Of a stretch of DNA of 64,000 nucleotides, positions 29,159 to 37,920 are shown in pieces. The stretch is from positions 48,507-112,506 of the forward strand of contig JBDHJS010000001.1 in assembly GCA_039586795.1 (NCBI GenBank), written 5' to 3'. The notes below the pieces were generated by a model. The model ran no database searches. It was not told the origin of the DNA and saw only the letters and a list, made by a program, of their open reading frames with translations. This DNA is from Gemmatimonadota bacterium (GTDB lineage: Bacteria; Gemmatimonadota; Gemmatimonadetes; Palauibacterales; KS3-K002). The stretch's first letter is position 1. Each line of letters opens with the position of its first letter. Position numbers and translations under genes: made by a program.

Positions 29159-29989
29159 TCACTCGAGAGGTAGTTCGAAAGATGGCGCTCCCTCGGTGGG
29201 ATCGGCGCTCAGAGGACCCGGGTCGCACATGCGTACGAGGGGCACGACGCGGTCGGGATCGGTTCCACCTGACAAACCGAAGAGTAGGATCGTCCGTGGA
29301 ACCCATTTGTCGCTCCCGTGGATGCCCAGTCGGATTTCTCCCGCGTCGTCCTGGGCTTCCTTCTTGGTGAACGGGCGATCGACGGGTACCTCGTAGATAT
29401 TCGCCGTGTTGATCTCCAGGTCAGCTTGAGGCGTGTCACTGATCGTTTGATGAACGGCGGGACCATCTGGCGTGACGACGCGTAGCCAGATCGGGTCGTC
29501 CGTCCCCGCATAAGGCGCAGCATACGTGACGACGACGAGCAGTAGCTTTTCGATGGGCGTATTAGCGTCGCCCTTGGAAACGTATCGGATATGACCCGAG
29601 CTAACCCCTTCTCGCGGGTCGAGACTCAACGTGAAAGTCGGGCTCATGTCCAGCGCTAGCGGGATGGTCTTCTTCTCCCGCGACCAACCCCAGACCATGA
29701 TCAAGTCGGGCCGCCAAAGGTCCGTCGACGTGGTCACCAGCCTGACGTAGAGTTCACCGGGGTCGACCTGATCGTCGGCCAGCTCCGTCTTCGGCATATC
29801 TCTGAGCGAGTGCATCGTGTAGATCGATTGCCCCCGCTTCAGCTCGCCTACGGTCGTAGGCGCGAAGAGCGGGCAGTTGACCCGGTCGGCGCCCCGCTGA
29901 TTGACGACGAGCCAGGGTCGGGCACCGGTTCCGCTGAAACGCTCATTGGCGGTGCGGATAGCGACGGATAGAGAGGCGAACGCGCCCAT
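29159..29989 (-). CDS. hypothetical protein (276 aa), first gene of the mocA-xdhC-bfr run
   Basis: Coding-like composition, beta-rich, no signal peptide, no motif I recognise. Confidence 0.5.
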   Translation of the reverse strand: MGAFASLSVAIRTANERFSGTGARPWLVVNQRGADRVNCPLFAPTTVGELKRGQSIYTMHSLRDMPKTELADDQVDPGELYVRLVTTSTDLWRPDLIMVWGWSREKKTIPLALDMSPTFTLSLDPREGVSSGHIRYVSKGDANTPIEKLLLVVVTYAAPYAGTDDPIWLRVVTPDGPAVHQTISDTPQADLEINTANIYEVPVDRPFTKKEAQDDAGEIRLGIHGSDKWVPRTILLFGLSGGTDPDRVVPLVRMCDPGPLSADPTEGAPSFELPLE

Positions 29990-30225
29990 TCTGGTCCCCT
30001 TTCAGAGATACAAGCCGACGCGACAGAGCAAGTCGCTGTACGGCACTGAGCCGTCAGGATCAGGGGACGACATTGCGGGCAAGAGACGGCGTCGATCGGC
30101 CCGCCAGGGATGGGCCCCAATAGTGGGATGTTGCCTTGGCCGAGGCCTCACGAGAGCGACGCAACGTCGGTCCGGCCTCAACCTGTCTGCCCGCGATGTA
30201 GCAAATATAGAGCGCCAGCGTCTGT

Positions 30226-30248
30226 GGCGACACAACTGGTGTGTCGCC
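30226..30248 (-). terminator. stem-loop 20 nt downstream of the fprA stop (GGCGACACA-actgg-TGTGTCGCC)
   Basis: Perfect 9-bp stem, 5-nt loop; no strong U-tract (common in high-GC genomes). Confidence 0.4.
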
Positions 30249-30267
30249 GGAATCTTGACCAAACCGG

Positions 30268-31665
30268 TCAGCGGCCGAGCGCCGTCAGCATCTCCTCGAC
30301 CGAGGCGATCTTGACCCGCGGGCGGCCCTGCTGGGCGCCGTTCGCGTCTTCCAGGTCCTTTATCCGCTGCCAATCCTGCCAGGTCACGAGATCGGGCTGC
30401 GCCTGACGGACGAAGCTCTCCGTGGCCGCCGGATCTGCGTTCGCCGGCTCGAGGACCCTACCCTTCGCCACGTCCTCCAGCATGCACTCGACGGTCTCTA
30501 CGGCGCATGCCTTGTTCGTGCCGATCACGCCGGACGGCCCGCGCTTGATCCAGCCGGCGACATAGAGGCCCGGCACGGGTTCGCCGGTCTCGGTGTCGGT
30601 GACACGGCCGTTCTGGTTGGGGATCACACCCCAACTATCATGGAAGGGCACATCGGGCACGGCGACACCGCGGTAGCCGACCGAACGAAAGACGATATCG
30701 ACATCGATCTCCTCGGTTTCGTCGGTCGCCCTTGGCCTCAGCGAACCGTCGTCGCTCTTGTACAACTCGTTCTTGACGATCTTCATGTTGCCGACGCCGC
30801 CCGCTCCGTCGTCGTGGAGCTCGACGGGCGAGACGAGGAAGCGCATGTGGAGCTTCTTGGGCTTTCCGGCGGCCTCGGCGCCGACGAAAGCGTTGAGGAT
30901 GTCGATCTTCTTCAGATCTTCCTTGGACGCGGACTCGAACTGCTCGGCGCTTAACGCATCGAGCTCGATCTCGTCCGCCACGACTTCGAGGTCGGCTCCG
31001 GCGAGCTCGCCCAGCTCCTTGAGCTCGGGATTGGTGAACTTGGCCTGGAGCGGTCCCCGGCGACCGAGGATATAGACTTCTTTTATGTTCGAGTTGGCGA
31101 GCGCCTCTAGGGCATGGTCGGCGATGTCCGTGGTCACCAGCTCGTCCCGGGTCCGACACAGAATGCGGGCAACATCGGCGGCGACGTTGCCGACGCCAAC
31201 GACGGCAGCCTTCTCAACCGACAGATCGAATTCGTAATCCTTGTAGTCAGGGTGGCCGTTGTACCAGGCGACGAACTCGGTCGCGGGGTGACTACGATGG
31301 AGATCCTCGCCCGGGATCCCCATCAAGCGATCGGTTTGGGCGCCGGTGGTGAAGCAGACCTCGTGGTAGTGGCTCTGGAGATCGGCGACCGTGATGTCTT
31401 TGCCGACGTCGACGTTTCCGAAGAACCGGAACCCCGGGTTCGCGGCGATCTTCTCGTAGACCCGCGTGACGTTCTTAATCTTCTCGTGGTCGGGGGCCAC
31501 GCCGAACCGGACCAGCCCGAATGGGACCGGTAGACGGTCATACATGTCGACCTGAACCGAGACATCCTGTTGCTTGAAGAGCTTCTCGGCGGCGTAGAAG
31601 CCGGCGGGTCCGGAGCCGACGATCGCCACACGTATAGGTTGAGACTCGCTGCCCAGCTGGGTCAT
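30268..31665 (-). CDS. fprA: NADPH:adrenodoxin/ferredoxin oxidoreductase, FprA family
   Basis: End-to-end similarity to mycobacterial FprA (IAIVGSGPAGFYAA, GNVDVG, VGYRGVAVPD, GWIKRGPSGVIGTNK); start at internal Met with AGGAGG RBS, verified as CAT at 31663-31665. Confidence 0.85.
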   Translation of the reverse strand: MTQLGSESQPIRVAIVGSGPAGFYAAEKLFKQQDVSVQVDMYDRLPVPFGLVRFGVAPDHEKIKNVTRVYEKIAANPGFRFFGNVDVGKDITVADLQSHYHEVCFTTGAQTDRLMGIPGEDLHRSHPATEFVAWYNGHPDYKDYEFDLSVEKAAVVGVGNVAADVARILCRTRDELVTTDIADHALEALANSNIKEVYILGRRGPLQAKFTNPELKELGELAGADLEVVADEIELDALSAEQFESASKEDLKKIDILNAFVGAEAAGKPKKLHMRFLVSPVELHDDGAGGVGNMKIVKNELYKSDDGSLRPRATDETEEIDVDIVFRSVGYRGVAVPDVPFHDSWGVIPNQNGRVTDTETGEPVPGLYVAGWIKRGPSGVIGTNKACAVETVECMLEDVAKGRVLEPANADPAATESFVRQAQPDLVTWQDWQRIKDLEDANGAQQGRPRVKIASVEEMLTALGR

Positions 31666-31830
31666 CCGATGCGCCTCCTGAGGGCTGAAAAGGGACTTGT
31701 CGCCGCGAGGATCGGCGCCGAAATGATAAGCTACGAGGGGCCAGCGGGCGACCCCGTTGCCGCCAGCCCGGCCCTTCCCTAGCATTCCTTCGCCCTACCA
31801 CCATCACCCAGCGAACCGGAGGCCCGCACC

Positions 31831-33210
31831 ATGATCCGCACGAAACGGCTGCTTCTTCCTATCGCCATCGGTGTAATGCTCGTACTCGGCACCACGCCAG
31901 CTGCGCTGTCGGGACAGGAACGCCCCCTGGGCACGCTCCGCGACCAGGCGCGGATCGAGCAAAGTTGGCTCGAGCTGCGACTCGAGCGCGTGCTGCCCCG
32001 CTTGATGCGCGAGTACGACGTCGACATGTGGATCATCCCGATGCGGGAGTACAACGAGGATCCGGTCTTCGTCGGCCTCGTGTCGCCCACTACGTTCGCG
32101 GCGCGGCGCCGCACGATCTACGCGTTCTGCGATCGAGGAGTTGAAGAAGGCATCGATCGCATCGCCGTCGGCGGTAGCTCCCAAGGCGGCCTGTACCGCG
32201 TGGTTCGCGATCCAAATGCAGCGACCGGCGCCGCCGCGGGCCAGAATCGCCAGGCCGAGCCCTGGGGCCCGGATCAGTGGAACCTGCTTCCGCCGATCAT
32301 CGAGGCCTGCGACCCGGACAGGATCGCCGTGAATATCTCGCACACGTTCGCCTTCTCGGATGGTCTGTCGGCGGGCGAATGGGAGCAGATGTCGGCCGCG
32401 ATACCCGAGATGTACAAGGATCGAGTCGTACGAAGCGAGCAGCTCGCCCTCGACTACATCTCGGAGCGACTACCCGAGATGCTGCCGATCTACATCGAGA
32501 TGATGGAGATCGCCCACGAGATCATCGCGACGGCGTTCTCGAATGAGGTGATTACACCCGGCGTCACTCGAACCCAGGATGTGGTCTGGTGGATGCGTCA
32601 GCGTCTGAACGACTTGGGGCTGGGCACATGGTTCCAGCCATCGGTCGATGTGCAACGCCGCGGTGGATTGGGCGACGACGCAGGGAACCCAGTCATCATC
32701 CACGGCGACGTCCTGCATTGTGATTTTGGCGTCACGGCGCTGGGACTCAACACCGACACGCAGCACATGGGCTACGTGTTGCGGCCGGGTGAATCAGATG
32801 CACCCGCCGGTTTATATGCCGCGCTGGCCAACAGCAATCGAATGCAGGACATCACGATGGACGAGCTGGAGCCGGGGCGAACGGGGAACGAGGTATTGGA
32901 GCGGTCGCTACGGCGGATGAGAGACGAAGGCATTGATGGAACGCTCTACAGCCATCCGGTGGGCGATCACGGGCATGGTGCCGGTCCGCTGGTCGGGTTG
33001 TGGGACCGGCAGGACGGCGTGCCGGGTCGCGGCGATGTGCCGGTGAAGGTGAACACGTGGTATTCCATCGAGCTGCAGTCGGGGACGCCGGTGCCGGAGT
33101 GGGATGATCAGGTGGTGCGGATGGCTTTGGAGGAGGACGCGTATATCGATGGTGAGGGGAAGCGGCATTGGGTTTTGTCGCGGCAGGAGAGGTTTCATCT
33201 GGTGAAGTAG
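31831..33210 (+). CDS. secreted M24-family metallopeptidase (Xaa-Pro aminopeptidase/creatinase-like)
   Basis: Signal peptide; pita-bread fold metal-ligand context HGDVLHCDFG, HPVGDHGHG. Confidence 0.7.
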   Translation: MIRTKRLLLPIAIGVMLVLGTTPAALSGQERPLGTLRDQARIEQSWLELRLERVLPRLMREYDVDMWIIPMREYNEDPVFVGLVSPTTFAARRRTIYAFCDRGVEEGIDRIAVGGSSQGGLYRVVRDPNAATGAAAGQNRQAEPWGPDQWNLLPPIIEACDPDRIAVNISHTFAFSDGLSAGEWEQMSAAIPEMYKDRVVRSEQLALDYISERLPEMLPIYIEMMEIAHEIIATAFSNEVITPGVTRTQDVVWWMRQRLNDLGLGTWFQPSVDVQRRGGLGDDAGNPVIIHGDVLHCDFGVTALGLNTDTQHMGYVLRPGESDAPAGLYAALANSNRMQDITMDELEPGRTGNEVLERSLRRMRDEGIDGTLYSHPVGDHGHGAGPLVGLWDRQDGVPGRGDVPVKVNTWYSIELQSGTPVPEWDDQVVRMALEEDAYIDGEGKRHWVLSRQERFHLVK

Positions 33211-33285
33211 AGTGGGAATTGTCGAAGAGGATTCAACGATTCACTCATTCTGGATTGGAGTTTGGAGTGGCATGAGGGGTGAGCT

Positions 33286-34410
33286 GTGAGGCGCAGAGCG
33301 GTCTGGGCGGGCGTCGGTACTGCTGCGTTGGTGCTGGTTTATTTCCTGGCGTGGCCGGTGCCGATCGATCCGGTGGAGTGGGAGGCGCCGGTGAACCCGG
33401 GGTATACAGGCGCGTTTGAGGTTAACGAGAGGTTGGCGCAGGTCGAGACGTTCTCGATTGGGGATAATGTTGGGCCGGAGGCGGTGGCGGTCGATGGTGA
33501 AGGACGTGTTTACGTCTCGACGAAAGACGGGTGGATCGTGCGGTTGCAGTCGGATGGGTCAGCGGCGGAGAACTGGGCGAATACCGACGGCCGACCGCTG
33601 GGGATGGAGTTTGACGCCGCCGGCAACCTGATCGTCGCCGACGCCCATCACGGTTTGCTTTCGGTCGCGCCAGACGGAAGCGTCAGCTTGCTGGTGATGG
33701 AGGCCGACGGGATACCGATCCGTTTCGCCAACGATCTGGACGTCGCGCCCGACGGCCGGATCTACTTCACGGACTCGTCCACCAAGTTTGCGCCCATCGA
33801 TTGGGAAGGAACCACAGCGGCGGCGTTACTCGAGCTGATGGAACATGGCGGCAATGGACGCCTGCTGGTCTACGACCCCGAGATCGGGAGCGCCACGGCG
33901 GTGATCGACGGCCTCAGTTACGCCAATGGAGTCGCGGTCGCTCACGATGGATCGTTCGTGCTGGTGAACGACATGGGGAGTTACAGAGTGCTTCGCGTCT
34001 GGCTCAGAGGACCCTACACGGGATCCAGCGAACCACTCATCGAGGAGCTGCCCGGTTTCCCGGACAACCTGTCCCGTGGCCTGGACGGCCGGTACTGGGT
34101 GGCGTTCATCTCGCCGCGCAATTCGCTTGTCGACGCGCTCTCTGACAATCCATTCCTTCGCAAAGTGGTGCAGCGACTCCCCGCGTTCCTTCGACCCGCC
34201 GCGACCCACTACGGTCATATCATCGCCGTGGATCATAGCGGTCGAGTGATAGAAGACCTGCAAGACCCGAGGGGAGCGCTACCGATGATCAGCGGCGTGC
34301 GCGAGACCGAAGACTTCCTTTGGTTGGGGAATGTGGAGTCACCGGTGGTGGGACGGATCAATAAGACGCAGGTTCAATGCTGCAAAGCAGCTCTCACGGA
34401 CCACGAGTAG
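33286..34410 (+). CDS. strictosidine synthase-like / SMP-30-gluconolactonase-LRE family beta-propeller protein
   Basis: N-terminal TM/signal, repeated GPE/A.DG motifs (GPEAVAVDGEGRVY, PLGMEFDAAGNLIVADA, NDLDVAPDGRIYFTDS). Confidence 0.6.
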   Translation: MRRRAVWAGVGTAALVLVYFLAWPVPIDPVEWEAPVNPGYTGAFEVNERLAQVETFSIGDNVGPEAVAVDGEGRVYVSTKDGWIVRLQSDGSAAENWANTDGRPLGMEFDAAGNLIVADAHHGLLSVAPDGSVSLLVMEADGIPIRFANDLDVAPDGRIYFTDSSTKFAPIDWEGTTAAALLELMEHGGNGRLLVYDPEIGSATAVIDGLSYANGVAVAHDGSFVLVNDMGSYRVLRVWLRGPYTGSSEPLIEELPGFPDNLSRGLDGRYWVAFISPRNSLVDALSDNPFLRKVVQRLPAFLRPAATHYGHIIAVDHSGRVIEDLQDPRGALPMISGVRETEDFLWLGNVESPVVGRINKTQVQCCKAALTDHE

Positions 34411-34442
34411 CCTACGAAAACAAACCGCTAGGAGAACGACCG

Positions 34443-35537
34443 ATGCCCGGAATCACACGACGCTCCTTTTTCAGGAATAGCATCCTAGCTGGCGCCGGCG
34501 CCGCCGTCTGGCAGAGACTCACCCCATCCGCCCAGGCGAGCGCGCCCGCCCCGACGTTTGGCCGAAAGTCAGCCACCACGCCGATGGTCGTCACAAGCCA
34601 TCCGAACGACACCGGGCGCCGGGCGCTGGAGATCGCCTGGGAGATCCTTGCGGATGGTGGTACTGCGCTGGATGCGGTCGAGAAGGCGACGAACCACATC
34701 GAGTTGGACCCGAACGACTGGAGCGTAGGGTATGGTGGCCTTCCCAACGAGCGCGGTGTGGTACAACTCGACGCTTCGATCATGGACGGCAAAACATACA
34801 GCGCCGGATCGGTCGCATCTCTGGAGAACATCGTGCATCCATCATCGGTGGCGCGACTGGTTATGGAGCGCACCGACCACGTGATGTTGGTGGGCCCCGG
34901 CGCTCTCGAGTTCGCCACGTCCTGGGGCTTCGAGGAGCAAGAGCTGCTCACAGAACGGGCGCGGGAGCGTTGGCTGCAGTGGCGTGAAGAACACAGCGAG
35001 CGGGACGACTACGGTCCGCCCGACCATGTCAAGACGGGCAGCGACGAGCGCGGAGCTTCCCTCCCCGGTAGCGATCCCGAGACGTATGGGACGGTTAACG
35101 TGCTGGCGGTCGACAACAACGGTGATGTCGCCGGGATCACGAGCACCAGCGGTTTGTCGTGGAAGATCCACGGCCGTATCGGCGATTCGCCAATCATCGG
35201 CGCCGGTCTCTATGTGGACAACGATGTCGGCGCCGCCGGCGCCACCGGTCGCGGCGAAGACGTGATCAAGGCCTGCTCGTCGTACTACATCGTCATGCGG
35301 ATGCGTGAGGGTCGGTCACCGCAGGAGGCGTGCGAAGACGCGCTCCACTACATCGCCGACCGCTACCGGTCGGTGGGGCTGGACTACCTCCCGGGCGAGA
35401 AGTTCGTGGCAATGAACCGGGACGGCGAGGTAGGCTGCGCCCAGACGTTCGGGCGGAATGCCCCGAGGATGACGGTGGCAGGCGGATCCGGGATCGAGGT
35501 TTATTCCGGGGAGACGGTCTTCAGCCGGGAAGACTGA
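34443..35537 (+). CDS. Tat-exported asparaginase-2 family Ntn hydrolase (isoaspartyl peptidase/glycosylasparaginase-like)
   Basis: Twin-arginine signal (TRRSFFRNSILAGAGAAVW) from the ATG at 34443 with AGGAGAA RBS; Ntn-hydrolase motifs GTVNVLAVDNNGDVAGITSTSG and GAGLYVDNDVGAAGATGRGE. Confidence 0.75.
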   Translation: MPGITRRSFFRNSILAGAGAAVWQRLTPSAQASAPAPTFGRKSATTPMVVTSHPNDTGRRALEIAWEILADGGTALDAVEKATNHIELDPNDWSVGYGGLPNERGVVQLDASIMDGKTYSAGSVASLENIVHPSSVARLVMERTDHVMLVGPGALEFATSWGFEEQELLTERARERWLQWREEHSERDDYGPPDHVKTGSDERGASLPGSDPETYGTVNVLAVDNNGDVAGITSTSGLSWKIHGRIGDSPIIGAGLYVDNDVGAAGATGRGEDVIKACSSYYIVMRMREGRSPQEACEDALHYIADRYRSVGLDYLPGEKFVAMNRDGEVGCAQTFGRNAPRMTVAGGSGIEVYSGETVFSRED

Positions 35538-35539
35538 TG

Positions 35540-35610
35540 ATTCGGGGATTCGCTCAGCCAATCGCCGAAGCCGCGAATCTGGTGACCCCCGAATCGCTCC
35601 AATCCCTCCG
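35540..35610. repeat. CGAATCCCC/GGGGATTCG motif cluster (ATTCGGGGATTCGC ... CCCCCGAATCGC)
   Basis: Same motif family as 18546-18592, 46262-46402 and 60420-60460. Confidence 0.4.
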
Positions 35611-35660
35611 AGTAGACGTGGCGGGCCGTATATAGTTATATTTAGATATAGGCATTATAA

Positions 35661-35900
35661 ATGACAGTAACCCATAGAGAGATAAACACTTTGCCTACAT
35701 ACGATTACGTTTGCCTTGAGTGTGGCCGGCAGTTCGACGTGAGGGCCTCGATTTCCGCCTACTCGGCCGGTCTTTCGCCCCACTGCCCGGACTGTGGATC
35801 GGACAACGCGGATCGGAGGTTCTCCTCAGTGAACGTGCTCACGGGGTCGCAGGAGTCGGCAGGCTCGCCGCCGAATTGCGGTCCATCGGGCTTCAGTTGA
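35661..35900 (+). CDS. FmdB-family zinc-ribbon putative regulatory protein
   Basis: LPTYDYVCLECG...CPDCGS: the FmdB N-terminus (M-P-T-Y-x-Y-x-C-x-x-CG); the real start is probably the TTG at 35691 (GAGAG RBS), the ATG at 35661 being an upstream alternative. Confidence 0.65.
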   Translation: MTVTHREINTLPTYDYVCLECGRQFDVRASISAYSAGLSPHCPDCGSDNADRRFSSVNVLTGSQESAGSPPNCGPSGFS

Positions 35901-36179
35901 GTGAACTGAAGCCGCCCAGGTTGGGCGGAGATCGAGCATGTCACGGGTCAGCCCTGTGGCTGGCCCGTCGTGCATCTGCGATGCGGCGCCGGGGTAGTTG
36001 GATCTCAGCCTCGTGTGAGGTATCCTATTAGCATCATCAGTCGCGCTGACCGAGCTGTTCCGTAGCCCATCACCGAGGTGGGCGGCTTGGGAAAGAGCAG
36101 CCGCCGCTCCAGACTCCGAACTCAAAGGCGAGCAGACCAAGGTGCGGGCAAGCGCACGAGTGGCCGTCGGAGGTTCAGA

Positions 36180-36551
36180 ATGCCGATAGAGACGCGGATC
36201 GACTCAGCCGCGGGCTTGAGGACGCACATAGTCAGCGGAGAGATGGACTTTGACGCTCTCTCTTCCACGCTCGAGGGCGTCTATTCGGACCCGGACTTTC
36301 TTCCCGACCTCAACGTGTTGTGGGATCTTCGAGACGCGATCCTGACGGTGTTTTCTTCCGGGGACGTCAGCCGAGTTGTTGACGTGGTGAAGGGGAACTG
36401 GACGGGGGCCCGGGCGGCGCTTGTGGTTGGGCGCGACGCCGACTTTGGAATGGCACGAATGTACGAGCTGCAGCACGATACATCGTCATCGGGCGAAGTG
36501 CGTGTGTTCCGAGATTTCGAAGAGGCGACGGCATGGGTAATGGAGAAGTAG
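36180..36551 (+). CDS. small protein of unknown function, paralog A (possible divergent STAS/anti-sigma-antagonist-like fold)
   Basis: Start at internal Met with GGAGG RBS (MPIETRID); homologous to 36992..37414 along its whole length; C-terminal GMARMYEL...VRVFRDFEEATAWV. Confidence 0.55.
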   Translation: MPIETRIDSAAGLRTHIVSGEMDFDALSSTLEGVYSDPDFLPDLNVLWDLRDAILTVFSSGDVSRVVDVVKGNWTGARAALVVGRDADFGMARMYELQHDTSSSGEVRVFRDFEEATAWVMEK

Positions 36552-36991
36552 CTCGGATGCGCAGTTTCCGTCTTCTTGCACTCGTTCCAGTATCGCTATT
36601 CCTGTTCGGCGTGCCAGCGATCTTCTCCAAACAACAGCTCAACCGCTCACGCACCACTCAGATGCAAGGATCGACGATTGGCGTACGATGAGAAGCTAGC
36701 TCAACGGATCCGGGACGTTCTCGGTGACCGGAGGCCTGATCTACAGAGTACGGCCAGTCAAACGTCGAGCGAGCGACGAACGTCACCCACGAGATGGCAA
36801 ACGCGAGGCCGAGGTAAAGCCAAACCTGTTTGGAGATACGGTCTTCCTCTTTGATCATCGCTCGTACGTGAAAACGGACGACTGGCGTTCCCGCCGCTCG
36901 AATCTCCCTGCTGCTTGACGCTAAGCTCAAGCTCGGCTTACGATTATGGGTTAATATGACCTGCCGGCGCCATCCATAGGACGCCGATCGG

Positions 36992-37414
36992 TTGACTCGA
37001 AAGCCCCAGGATACGAGCGGAAGCACTGTGCCGTTCAGTTACGAGATTGACAGGGGCCGCGACTTCGTCTCGATAGTCGCAAGCGGCAAGATCACGACCG
37101 AAGAAGCGTTGGCGACTTTCGACGCGATCGTCGGTGAACCCGGCTTTCATCCCGGAATGAAGATCCTGAGCGATCACCGGGACCTGGAGACGGTAGTACC
37201 GATAGCGTTCATAAAGGCGTGGATCAGCCGTATCGAGGAGGCCGGCAAGCTGTTTCGGGGGACGCGGGCGGCGCTGGTCGAGTCGGGGACCGTGAGATAC
37301 GGAATGGCGCGCATGGCATCGATTCTCACAGAGCCGACGGCGATCGAGATGCGCGTGTTTCGCGACGTCGAGGAAGCCCGGAACTGGCTCGAGTCACCGG
37401 CGGTCTTGTTATAA
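36992..37414 (+). CDS. small protein of unknown function, paralog B
   Basis: Shares a clear collinear motif pattern with paralog A (..IVASG.., GMARMASI...MRVFRDVEEARNWL); stop overlaps the RBS of the molybdoenzyme small subunit. Confidence 0.55.
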   Translation: MTRKPQDTSGSTVPFSYEIDRGRDFVSIVASGKITTEEALATFDAIVGEPGFHPGMKILSDHRDLETVVPIAFIKAWISRIEEAGKLFRGTRAALVESGTVRYGMARMASILTEPTAIEMRVFRDVEEARNWLESPAVLL

Positions 37415-37425
37415 GAGGCATCGAT

Positions 37426-37920
37426 TTGATCGAGGCTATAGAACTTACGGTAAACGGAGATACCCGCGAGCTTGGCGTCCCGAGTCATTACACGCTCCTC
37501 GAGACGCTGCGCTATGTGCTGGGGTACACCGGATCCAAACAAGGCTGTGACAAGGGCGACTGCGGAGCCTGCACGGTACTGCTGGACGGAGTACCCACCC
37601 TCTCCTGCATACTCCCAGTCCAGGAAGCGATCGGAAGAGAGATCACAACGATCGAGGGACTAGCAGAAGCCGACGGGCTTCACCCGCTTCAGGATTTCTT
37701 TGATGTCACAGGCGGTGCGCAGTGCGGGTTCTGTACGTCTGGAATCATCATGTCGGCGGCGGCCTTGTTGTCGGAGAACGACGATCCAACGCGAGATGAG
37801 ATTCGGGCGGCGCTGTCCGGGAATCTGTGTCGCTGCACGGGTTACACGAAGATCTTCGAGGCCATCGAGCTAGCCGCGCGCTCGCTACGTGAGAGCGCGG
37901 CGGAGAGTGTGGAATCGTGA
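37426..37920 (+). CDS. (2Fe-2S)-binding small subunit of xanthine dehydrogenase-family molybdoenzyme (CoxS/HcrC-like)
   Basis: CDKGDCGACTV plant-type and CGFCTSG...CRCTGY second 2Fe-2S motifs; TTG start at 37426 with AAGAGG RBS (the in-frame upstream part of the track ORF is unlikely to be translated). Confidence 0.85.
   Translation: MIEAIELTVNGDTRELGVPSHYTLLETLRYVLGYTGSKQGCDKGDCGACTVLLDGVPTLSCILPVQEAIGREITTIEGLAEADGLHPLQDFFDVTGGAQCGFCTSGIIMSAAALLSENDDPTRDEIRAALSGNLCRCTGYTKIFEAIELAARSLRESAAESVES

Noticed and set aside
36576-36854. 92-aa plus ORF in the low-GC spacer between the two small paralogs
   Set aside because: The Ser/Arg/Thr-rich product looks non-protein-like. Shorter micro-ORFs in the same spacer are more plausible and are mentioned in the findings, but remain unproven.
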